Shown piece by piece: positions 39,079-50,033 of a DNA stretch of 64,000 nucleotides (within the stretch, counting starts at the first letter, position 1; each line of letters begins with the position of its first letter). The stretch comes from Balanoglossus misakiensis. Lineage: Eukaryota > Animalia > Hemichordata. The stretch covers positions 3,615,703 through 3,679,702 of the forward strand of contig CM082577.2 of the NCBI GenBank assembly GCA_040954595.2, in the 5' to 3' direction. The notes under the pieces were generated by a model. The model made no database searches. It was not told the origin of the DNA and saw only the letters and a list, made by a program, of their open reading frames with translations. Position numbers and translations under genes: made by a program.

Positions 39079-41323
39079 TATAGACCTTGCATTTTAGCAT
39101 AATTTAACCTTCAAAATATTGGCAGTCTACATGATGCACTTTTCTCCAGAATTTGGGGGTTGTAACTTGTATGTATTCTTTGCTGGATCCGAAACCTGGT
39201 CTAGCCTAAAGCCACTCACTGCACTGTGGCTGTGCATGCAACTTCTTTTAGTTTTCTTATTTCTATTGAATAAAAGACAGTGAATGTACATAGTAACACT
39301 CGACAGATTGGGCTACTTGTACTACACAGCACTATAAAGCTAACCATACCATGGTACATGTACACAATCAGTGATCACAACAAATGCAAGTTTTGACAAG
39401 ATCCTAACGTACGCATACCGATGCAGGTGTGCAACGGAAAAGAATAACTCACCTTGTGTTGCTCTCGACCAATATTATTCGTCTTAAATTATTCAAACCT
39501 TGACAGCAACTAGAAAATCTTCGAACCCGCGGCGATGCTGTAAAATCTATCAAGGTAAAATATTTTCATTCCCAACGAAGCGGACGCCATTCCATACTAC
39601 ACTATTCAATATGCGCGCGCATATATCTTAAGTCTTATGAACAGCGCAGCCAGCGGTGGATAATGTAAAACCACTTAACTTTACCACCATCATCATCATC
39701 ATCATTGAGACTTGTATTCATTTTGACCAGTTCAAAGATATTCGATTTTATTCAATCCTGTAAGTTAAGTACCAATGTATGATAGGTTTTTTCGACCGAA
39801 CCCTTTCTTTTTCGCATCTACAAGTATGACCAATGACCAAAGTGTGTTGAGAATTTATTAATGACCATCAACCGGGCCCGTAAACCCTTCATAAGTGATA
39901 CCATCCCCCAACTCCGGGCTCAAAGACTTACAAAAATGTTATTACCCTCCCCCTCTCATCTTCCCAAACTTGTTCATTTGCTCTTCAAATATGCGAACCC
40001 CTTCACTGTAGATTTCCAAGTCTTCACGGAGAGCTTCTCTAACCTCGGAGTCACTCATCAGTTCTGTTTTAAGTTTTTCTATGATAACATCTTTCGAAGA
40101 TGCGCTGCTGTTCCCTTCAGCTCGATAAACTGCTTCATTTTTCACATCACCAGCACAAACTGAATGAAAGGGAAGATCGTAGACGTGTTCCAACAATTGC
40201 AATGTCTCGTCATATTTACTAGTCAAACCCACAACTGTGAATATTTTTGGGTGAGACTAAAACGAAGGAAACCGAAGGAAACCGAAGGAAACTGAAGGAC
40301 ACTGTTTTTTCCATATTTTAGTGCGAAGGAAAAGGTTTTCTCTATGCTGGTGGCCGAAGGACTGGTTTAGCTTCGAATTAAACGCCGAAGGAAAGCGAAG
40401 GACGCTGATTTATCCATATTTAAGTGCGAAGGAAAAGGTTTTCTCTATGCTGGTGGCCGAAGGATAGGTTTAGTTCGGTAATTAATTATGCTGGTGGCCG
40501 AAGGACAGGTTTAGTTCGGTAATTAAAGCCGCAGGACGGGTTCAGCTCCGTAATTTTGGCCGAAGGAAAGCGAAGGACACTGATTTTTCCATATTTTAGT
40601 GCGAAGGACACGGTTTTCTGTATGCTAGAGGCCGAAGGACAGGTTTAGCTCAGTAATTAAAGCCAAAGGACGGGTGTAGCTCCTTAATTTTTGCCGAAGG
40701 AAACCGAAGGACGCTGATTTATCCCTATTTTAGTGCGAAGGACGTGGTTTTCTGTATGCTGGTGGCCGAAGGACAGGAGTAGCTCAGTAATTTAGGGCGA
40801 AGGAAACCGAAGGACGCTGATTTATCCCTATTTTCGGCCGAAGGACGAGGTTTTCTGTATGCTAGAGGCCGAAGGACAAGTGTAGCTCAGTAATTTAGGG
40901 CGAAGGAAACCGAAGGACGCTGATTTATCCCTATTTTAGTGCGAAGGACGAGGTTTTCTGTATGCTAGAGGCCGAAGGACAAGTGTAGCTCAGTAATTTA
41001 GGGCGAAGGAAACCGAAGGACGCTGATTTATCCCTATTTTAGTGCGAAGGACGAGGTTTTCTGTATGCTGGTGGCCGAAGGACTGGTTTAGCTTCGAATT
41101 AAACGCCGAAGGACGGGTGTAGCTCCTTAATTTTTGCCGAAGGAAACCGAAGGACGCTGATTTATCCGTATTTTAGTGCGAAGGACGTGGTTTTCTGTAT
41201 GCTGGTGGCCGAAGGACTGGTTTAGCTTCGAATTAAACGCCGAAGGACGGATGTAGCTCCGTAATTTAGGCCGAAGGAAAGCGAAGGACGCTCATATCTC
41301 CATATTTTAGGGCGAAGGGAAGC

Positions 41324-42145
41324 CAGTAAGGTGCGGAATTGTGTTTTATCGTTTTTAGAAAGTTTAGCTACAAGTGTAGAAAGCTAAATTAGCTGTAGCT
41401 AAATAGTTCTAAACTATCTAAGTTTTAAGGATAATTATCACTACGATAATTATCGCTTTCTAAATATCGTTCTAAATTTATAAATTAGCCACAGTTTAGA
41501 AAGCCCCCCCCCCCCCGACTAAAATTTTCTGCCGACGATATAAGTGCTGTATTTCCATTCCAATATTTGCGGAATTTTCATCTATGATTTCAATTGGTGC
41601 ATTTCAATTTCAATATTTGCGGACGGGAGAATGTTGGGAATCGTTTATTGCCCAAATCAAGCCTTATCTCAAAACTCCTCTCAGTTTATTGAGATATGGG
41701 CTTCGTTTGTATGACACCATTGTTCTGTGCAACGACTGAAGTCTCAGGTTAATCAATGTCTTAACACCATTGTTCTACCATTATGAGGTGTTGTAAAATG
41801 TCAGAGTTAGAACTTCGACTATATATACTGTTAAAATAAAACAAAGATCACATTTGACTTCCCACCGAAGTACTGGCCATCCCGTCTCTCTCTTCATTCC
41901 AAGCCTACTTCCAAAGTGTACGCCGTACATTTGTAAACGCCCAAGTAGTCCAACTTTCTAAACTGCTGCTAGTTTAGAAAGTTTAGAACGATATTTAGAA
42001 AGTGATAATTATCTTGAAAAAAGCCGTGTTTATCATTATTAGCTAAATTAGCTTCCTTAGACAATACATGTAGTTTAGAAATGCCCCTTCAATAAGACCA
42101 TGGACGTAAAAAGAGCATGATAAGACACAATTCCGCACCTAACTC
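41324..42145. mobile_element. hAT-like MITE (822 bp) nested in the left foldback arm
   Basis: 27-bp TIRs: cagtaaggtgcggaattgtgttttatc versus reverse-complemented right end gagttaggtgcggaattgtgtcttatc. 8-bp TSD agggaagc/aggaaagc. Removing it restores the arm module cgaaggaaagcgaaggac. Confidence 0.8.
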
Positions 42146-42194
42146 AGGAAAGCGAAGGACAGTGATTCTCCATATTTTAGGGAGAAGGACATTA

Positions 42195-42450
42195 GTATCC
42201 ATCTCTCTGTATCTCGGAATTAGGATATCAATAGTGTGATCTTGTGTTGAGATCGTTTTTTGTCAGTTGTTTTTCATTTCCAGTTCATGGAACGTAATGT
42301 CGGCTATTCCCGGTGAAGCATTTGAGCCCACGGTACAACTGCATGTTTGCTTGTAGAATTTGTTGTTTAATTCAAAAGTATTGTTACGTAGAATTAGTGA
42401 TAGCATTTCTATGAGGTATGTTTGTTTAGTTTTGTTTCGTGTAAACATGA
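42195..42450 (-). pseudogene. Degenerate Penelope-like (PLE) reverse transcriptase fragment in the foldback spacer
   Basis: LIEMLSLILRNNTFELNNKFYKQTCSCTVGSNASPGIADITFHELE resembles the PLE RT segment N.F.F....Y.Q..G.AMGS..SP..A.I.M..LE. A frameshifted RYRD(D)G-like remnant lies near 42200-42215. Confidence 0.65.
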
Positions 42451-45400
42451 CACTCTACTTAAGATCTCGACATTGATATCAGTAACTCTGGTCAGACGTG
42501 TACTAGCTGACGCCAAGTCTCTGATAATCGTGAGAGAATCGTGTCCTTCGCCCTAAAATATGGAAATATGACTGTCCTTCCTTTTCCTTCGCCCTAAAAA
42601 ATGGAAATATGACTGTCCTTCGGTTTCCTTCGCCCTAAATTACTGAGCTACACTTGTCCTTCGGCCTCTAGCATACAGAAAACCTCGTCCTTCGGCCGAA
42701 AATAGGGATAAATCAGCGTCCTTCGGTTTCCTTCGCCCTAAATTACTGAGCTACACCCGTCCTTTGGCTTTAATTACTGAGCTAAACCTGTCCTTCGGCC
42801 TCTAGCATACAGAAAACCGTGTCCTTCGCACTAAAATATGGAAAAATCAGTGTCCTTCGCTTTCCTTCGGCCAAAATTACGGAGCTGAACCCGTCCTGCG
42901 GCTTTAATTACCGAACTAAACCTGTCCTTCGGCCACCAGCATAATTAATTACCGAACTAAACCTATCCTTCGGCCCCCAGCATAGAGAAAACCACGTCCT
43001 TCGCACTAAAATACGGATAAATCAGCGTCCTTCGCTTTCCTTCGGCCAAAATTACGGAGCTACACCCGTCCTTCGGCGTTTAATTCGAAGCTAAACCAGT
43101 CCTTCGGCCTCTAGCATACAGAAAACCGTGTCCTTCGCACTAAAATATGGAAAAATCAGTGTCCTTCGGTTTCCTTCGGCCAAAATTACGGAGCTACACC
43201 CGTCCTTCGGCGTTTAATTCGAAGCTAAACCAGTCCTTCGGCCTCTAGCATACAGAAAACCGTGTCCTTCGCACTAAAATATGGAAAAATCAGTGTCCTT
43301 CGGTTTCCTTCGGCCAAAATTACGGAGCTACACCCGTCCTTAAGCTTTAATTACCGAACTAAACCAGTCCTTCGGCCCCCAGCATAGAGAAAACCACGTC
43401 CTTCGCACTAAAATACGGATAAATCAGCGTCCTTCGCTTTCCTTCGGCCAAAATTACGGAGCTACACCCGTCCTTCGGCGTTTAATTCGAAGCTAAACCA
43501 GTCCTTCGGCCTCTAGCATACAGAAAACCGTGTCCTTCGCACTAAAATATGGAAAAATCAGTGTCCTTCGGTTTCCTTCGGCCAAAATTACGGAGCTACA
43601 CCCGTCCTTCGGCGTTTAATTCGAAGCTAAACCAGTCCTTCGGCCTCTAGCATACAGAAAACCGTGTCCTTCGCACTAAAATATGGAAAAATCAGTGTCC
43701 TTCGGTTTCCTTCGTTTTAGGTTATGCTATATTTTTTTCATGTTTGTAAGCATAAAATCTAGTAACTGTCTCCTTTCGTCTTTGCCAATTCTCTTCTCGA
43801 GAAGAAGTGTTTGTTTGTACCAGCACGGTATATCAAAGTTTGTGTTTCGGCCAAGCCCTTTCTTTTCCATCAGTTCCTTGGCCTCTGCGACGTAGATGGC
43901 GGTGCACAAATCGGGGTTGTGGAGAAACTGGTAAAACACAACGCTCCCTTGTTGCAGCGCCCATTCTTTGATCGTCATCTTTCTGGCGTCACCCGCCTGG
44001 CACACCTTGTCTTTCACTTCTTTCTTACAGTACGTGTAGGACGATATTGTCCGTTCGATGGGATGGCGCAGAATTGTGAAGTAAGAACAGGGCGATTGGA
44101 TGAAATTGCACACGCCTAGCGAGAAGAGGCCAAAGTACGCCCTCTGTCGCGTGTGTTTCCCCGATTTGAAATCATTGAAGACTTGAACGTAGTTACTCAA
44201 CCAAATGTACTGCGGCCTTTTCAGTCGCTTCTTTGCTGTAACATTTTCCAAACACCTGTTGGTCGTAGTCCCGGCCGATTTGGGAATGTGGACGAACACA
44301 ATCGCAGTATTTTCTCGGTAGAGTTCTCTCGTTTTCGCACCACCGTCACGGGCGAAGAAAAAGTTCGGAAGCATTTTCGTTGCATTTGACCAAGGAAAGA
44401 ACGTCGAGATAAAACCTTCCGTCCGATTAAGATCACTCACTGTCTGATCATTTTGTAAAATCGAGATATTTTCCGAACCGTCTGCATAAGTAGATATTTT
44501 CAGACTTTTCGGTTCGTAGCGCCTATGTTCGATTGTCCTGCAAAAATAAAGTTTACAAGATGTTAACAATTTGTACTTTTTATAGGCCTATGATGTTAGC
44601 AACATCATTAAAATCCGTTTTATATTTATTAGAGGAGCTTGGCATTTTAGTGAGGTATATCGAAAGTGAAATTGAGATCGTGTAGGCCTATATTTACCTG
44701 GAAGGTATGTCCACTGATGCCATGTAAAAGATATTGATGACTCCGATTATCAGACAGAGAGGGATGACGACGGCTGCAAGTTTGGCGAGTCTGCTGATGT
44801 CCATCATTCCAACTCCTTGACATGGTCGTCTCGATCGAGAACAGCATTCACTGGAAGACGCAAAATTCAAACAAACACGTTTCAGGTGCTATAATTCAGA
44901 CTATAAATCTCGCGATACATGGATCAATGAATATACTATTGTGGCTTTTTTGCTAGAAAGACCTGCATGTCGCAAGTTGCTGGGCATTTTTAATCAACTG
45001 GGTCTAATGTGAGGATTAGATTCTAAAGAAGATTACCATGATTACAGACTTAGGAATCCGATTAAACCCCAAAGTGTGCACAACGCAGAATTATCTGCAT
45101 CTTCTTTGGTTCAGCCTCAATACAATCAGCGGACAATCGGGGTCTGTATCCACCAGGAATGCATATCAATAGGCACTCTTGGAGCTTTTCAAGCGATTCC
45201 GTGGCTATTTTCGTAACCCGAGAAGAAACATAATGCCCCATGCCCCTTGAGGTCTCTAGCTCACAGAAGAATTTTCTGAAGTGCGTTTGTCTAAATCTCT
45301 TGCATGGCGCCCTCTTTGAACCGTAAACAATCTCTTCAACTTGCTATTGTCTGACATGAACCAGTATTTTCCAACCAAACAATGAAACATGCATAAGCTA

Positions 45401-46173
45401 AACTGTTGCGTTCTATTAAAACTACTGCCAGTATAAAACACGTGCATTTGGTTACCAGACACCGGTGTTATCATGTTATGTAATTCTGTATAACCGGTCA
45501 TATTCAATATTTCACAAGGACTGACAACAAAATAACAAACAGAGACTCAACAGTCAACGGTATGATATTGAATATTGATAGTGGTGACAGGTTGACTAGA
45601 CAAAAAGGACTCTGTCACGAAACATACTGCCATGATCAAACACTCGTCATAATCTCAATACAGGTATGAGTCAAGTCGGAAAGAATCGAGACTGAAAATA
45701 CCTTGTGTGAATCGTCACTGATCACGTAGACATTTCCTGCTTTCGCATTCGTGTAAAATGTTTGCTGTGTTACGTAACCACGCAATACCTGAGGTCAAAC
45801 TCTTTTAAGACATACATGTATGAAAAATCACATTGCTTTTGGAATTTTTCAAGTATTTTCCTTTCGATGCCTCATAAATTGCATGATTTAATCACCACTC
45901 TTGGGGCATATGACGCTGAGGTAAAATTGATCGATGACAGGTCGATAATTATCTTCTTCAACCCTCTCCTGCTCTGCCGGTGTTTGTCCAGGGGTCACTG
46001 CACATGCGTGGAGTTACGCACCTTGATCACCTGGACGGACTACCAGAAAGGCGTTATCATTTCTGCTGGTAGGAGAAAATTGTAGACCGCTGAAACTAAT
46101 CTTGGGAGACTGGGAAGAAAAAAGTATACCGACAGAGCTTCTCGATGAAGACATTGGTAAGAAAGGTGCAGAG

Positions 46174-47388
46174 ATGATCGGGCGCCGTGGAAACACTCTT
46201 CGGGGTATTAGACACCACCTTCGAGTCCAACACAAGAAAGTTTTAACTCTGGTTGTGATCACCGCGGTCTATTTCGCATTTACTATCGTCGGTTCAAGGT
46301 TAGCAGCTGAACCCGATGACCCCGCCGCGGCCGGTGGTGCCCATTCCCCACCCCCTCGGGAGCTGCGGACGGCTGCCCAGCTGAACGCGGCCAGCAAAGA
46401 GTCGACTGTTCTGCCAGCGTTTCTGCCGCACCAGTCGAGGATAGACCGGGAGAGCTACGCCAGGGTGAAGTTCGGAGACTGGTGCTACTCGATGAATGAG
46501 AAAACCTTCACGCACCAAAGACCTCTCCCACCGGCGGAGCTGAAAGCGAAGAAATGTCACAAACGCCTCCCGGACGCCATAATTATCGGCGTCAAGAAAT
46601 GCGGCACGGGGACACTGGTGCATTTTCTCAGCTACCACCCTTCCGTTGCCATGAAACACAACGACAGCATTGAACTTCATTTCTTTGACCTCCACCAAGA
46701 TAAAGGTTACAGTTGGTACCGGGATCAACTGCTGTACACCACCACCCGACAGATAGTCGTCGAGAAATCGCCCCAGTACCTCACCTGGCCGCACGATTGT
46801 GCCAAGAAGGTCCATGACTACATATCGCCCAGAGCCAAAATCATCGTCGTCTTGTGCGACCCGGTTCGGCGAGCCGTCTCCGACTTCGTCTTTTCAACCG
46901 TCTTGCGACCAAAAGCTGACCCTCGCAGAAGGCGACACTACACGCTGAGCAAAACCTTCGAGAAGTCGGTCATCGACAACGAATTTTCCGCGAATTCGGT
47001 GAATTTCTACAACGAAATGATCGACACCGGAATTTATGCAAAACACATCGTCCGATGGCTGGAATATTTCCCCAAGGAGCAGTTTTACGTTTTGGACGGC
47101 GGAAAGTTAAAACAGGACCCGTACACGGAAGTTCACAAAGTCGAGCGTTTTCTGGGCCTGCCAGAATTCTTTACAAGGGACCACTTTTATTTTGACGAAG
47201 TCAAACGCTTTTATTGCATGGCGTTTCCATACAGACACTGTATGGGTGGGACGAAAGGTTTGAGCCACCCCGAGGTTGACGAGGAGGTCCTTGATAAATT
47301 GTACGAATTTTATCGACCATTTGACAAACTGTTGTCACAAATGTTCAACCGAACATTTTCGTGGATGAACGCATATGAGTTATTGTAG
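46174..47388 (+). CDS. Heparan sulfate glucosamine 3-O-sulfotransferase-like protein (single coding exon)
   Basis: ATG at 46174 (MIGRRGN...), TM anchor VLTLVVITAVYFAFTIVG, motifs LPDAIIIGVKKCGT, ELHFFD, EKSPQY, DPVRRAVSDF and C-terminal CMGGTKGLSHP typical of the HS3ST family. Confidence 0.85.
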   Translation: MIGRRGNTLRGIRHHLRVQHKKVLTLVVITAVYFAFTIVGSRLAAEPDDPAAAGGAHSPPPRELRTAAQLNAASKESTVLPAFLPHQSRIDRESYARVKFGDWCYSMNEKTFTHQRPLPPAELKAKKCHKRLPDAIIIGVKKCGTGTLVHFLSYHPSVAMKHNDSIELHFFDLHQDKGYSWYRDQLLYTTTRQIVVEKSPQYLTWPHDCAKKVHDYISPRAKIIVVLCDPVRRAVSDFVFSTVLRPKADPRRRRHYTLSKTFEKSVIDNEFSANSVNFYNEMIDTGIYAKHIVRWLEYFPKEQFYVLDGGKLKQDPYTEVHKVERFLGLPEFFTRDHFYFDEVKRFYCMAFPYRHCMGGTKGLSHPEVDEEVLDKLYEFYRPFDKLLSQMFNRTFSWMNAYELL

Positions 47389-50033
47389 CCTGCAGAAGAC
47401 CGGGGTTCATTCTGCGAGTTATGTCGGCTACACTTCGTTTTTAGCGGTTGTATATCCTTCAAGAAAGCAATTTTGTGGCTCACCCGCGTGGTTTTTGGTG
47501 CTATTTTTTTTTCGTTTTTATTTATTTATTGTAGCTCGCACATTTCAAAATATCGATCTTTTGTGTGGATCGGATTTTATTTATTAGTTTGAATATGACT
47601 TTTCCCCATAAAAAGTAAAAGTTGTACTGAGGATTATGTCGCTAGCCAGACGCTAAACTATTCCCAGCCACATAAGTCTGTGGCACAACGAATTGTAATG
47701 TCCAGGCTCAGTTATCCCATTATAGAAAGCGGGACCAGACTTCTTTATCAACGCCGGAAACGCCAGAAATCAAAAACAAATTCAAAACGTTTATCGGCGA
47801 ATATAGCGACTGAGTTTTACACTTTTGTTTCACACAATAGTACTACATTTTGATTGTCTTTTTTAAAGAAAGAAATGACAATAAACGTGTTTTTTTTCAT
47901 CGTTGTTTAGGCCTATAGTGTTTTCGTAATGAAATTTCATTCACGGTACTGCTACAGTGCAGTACACCATTGAGCAAATGAATCAGTATTTTGAAGGCGT
48001 CTCCCGCTTTATATAAAACAGGTCTGTAGGCCTACTTGACTTAGCCAAATCCAGCAACACATGCAACTCATGTAGAAGATAAAACACTTCCCTGCAATCA
48101 ATTACTTACAAAGTGATAACAAGCGAAGTCTAGTCGGTTTCCCGGGTGATAGTATGCCCGTCCAGTTTGTTTTAAAATTCCATTCAACTGGAGATAAGCC
48201 GGGTATAATATACACGATAGCGTACTTAGCCAGGAATCGGTTAATTTTGCATTTTAACAGGACGTCCATGCTTCATAGACTTCCCCTTTTAGCGATTTTA
48301 TGCTGACCGCGCCTAAACTTGAATTTCCGAGTCCCAGGGGCGACTATCGTTCCTTCTACACATTCATCACACATTTAAAATAAATTCCTGTTTGCAAAAG
48401 TACACAACCGCGGCGTAATAAACGAGGAAAGCGGTATGCATTCAAAGGCGTGCGCTCTTTATCAACTATCTGAAGAAAATGCATGATAACATTCCCTCGA
48501 GGAAAATCTTGGAATTTTTTCAAAGGAACAATTATCGCGTCCGTTGTTTTGTTTCTTCTTCGAAATACTAGTACATGTACATCCAAGGTTGCAACAGGTT
48601 GTCAAACTAGGCTGGACACCATCTCAAGTGCTTATACTGTTAAAGATGCTGCAGTATCACGGGCGGGCCTAGATTGGTTGGGCAAGGACCCGATTCAGTC
48701 AAGTAAGTTCTAGCCGACATGGCATGAATATTTGCCGCTCTGTTGCAGCGGTATGTTTTCTGTGGTAATAGGCTATGACCCATAGCAGACTTTCAAGGGA
48801 TACTTCAATGACTGCTGTTTTTGTTGCCAGTATTGTCTCCGAGCTTGACAGGGGTAAGACCTCCGGACGGTGTACAACAAAGGTCTCTCAGTTTTCAGAC
48901 CTGGTTTGTGTATACTTAAAAATCACGTACGGGAGGTTTGGCAACAGCACGTACTCATTGACCTCAAAATCTTTTCTCGCCAACATGACTGAAAGTCGTG
49001 TGCATTTGTCGGTTCTCGAATATCGACGAGTGCGTTGAAAAAAAAACTTGAAGTTGCACGGCGAAGGATAACTTGATAGTCTGGGATAATGCGGTGCAAT
49101 ATGTGTAGTGTAAATATTTTTCTGATCACCCGATCTGTTCCAGGTTTATATAGAGACAATGACTGAAGAAGTATTTGATAAACTTGACTACTTTTCCGTT
49201 GAAAATGTTGAAAACGTTATGGCTTGATTCAATCATTCATTCACTAACTACTCAACTGTGGGCTGTGTGGCGTGGGGGCGCTGTTGGTCAAATTTCTGCC
49301 GTTCAAATTCTTGATTGTCCTGTATCAGCCTAGTCCTATATGATATGAGGAATAGTTACTTGGTATTATCATCATCAGGCACGCGACCATTTGCCGAAGA
49401 ATCTTAAAAGTATGCCCATGACGTCAGATATCGTGTAAAACTTAGCTTTGCCTATGGAATTATCATTAAAACACTCCTTTGAGGACTAGCAAAACTTTGA
49501 TACAAAACAAAATACAGAAATAAGGTAGGTAGGCCGGGAACTTCTTCCATTTTATATATTTTCCCAGTGGTTTCTTCACGCAGGAAAATAAAATAATATG
49601 ATTCTTGGCCCATCATCGTATTTTCCACGAATTGACGAAAACTTTCGGTTCATCAACAGGTATCGCTTGAGAAACCTGGAATTCTGGGTACTTTGGATAA
49701 GGTCAGTCACATGATGGCATCTCATGACCTCATGACGTCACCTTACGGCATTTCCCTGTTTGCAATCGACAGATCGTTACTGACGTTAGGACTGACAAAA
49801 CGTTGTTGTTTTTATAAAGTTGAAGAATCGCACAGAAGATCATTAATACCTAAGGAGAACCAGGAATCAAGGTTCCAAATAGGACATCATTTTAATACTT
49901 CGGACGTTACCGTGCGAGTAAATAACCGTGTGTCCTTTTCCAGAGAGTGTAGAGCCATTAGTTGAAGTTGAAGAGAGTAACTTGTTTGTGTAGGAAACAC
50001 TGACTCTATATACGGCACGAAAATCTCCAAACC

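Larger units (their letters stand above)
40249..43728. mobile_element. Foldback-type non-autonomous DNA transposon with ~1.1-kb modular inverted arms
   Basis: 8-bp TSD ATATTTTT at 40241-40248 and 43729-43736. Arms start ctaaaacgaaggaaaccgaagg (40257) and end with its exact reverse complement (43720). Arms are arrays of CGAAGGA-headed 10- and 31-bp modules. Confidence 0.92.
39942..44807 (-). pseudogene. Type II membrane (Golgi) sulfotransferase of the Sulfotransfer_2 (HS2ST/HS6ST/GAL3ST-like) fold, interrupted by a transposon in this haplotype
   Basis: Exon 1 44807-44698 (MMDISRLAKLAAVVIPLCLIIGVINIFYMA, membrane anchor). Exon 2 from 44537 has PAPS motifs FVHIPKSAGTT and YFTILRHPIERTISSY. It is cut at 43729 and resumes in frame at 40240 (FTVVGLTSKYDETLQLLE...) to the stop at 39942. 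Confidence 0.85.

Noticed and set aside
40257-43720. CRISPR-like look of a short repeat with regular 'spacers'
   Set aside because: The constant part is only about 7 bp, the 'spacers' recur as a few module types, the two arrays are inverted and TSD-flanked, there are no cas genes and the context is eukaryotic.
40241-43736. Rescue of the sulfotransferase by splicing out the element on the minus strand
   Set aside because: A minus-strand acceptor exists (ttttAG at 40257) but there is no GT donor at the junction; the GC option would leave 17 nt and shift the frame.
47600-49400. Possible extra gene between the HS3ST-like gene and BRI3
   Set aside because: No consistent exon chain or recognisable protein motif.
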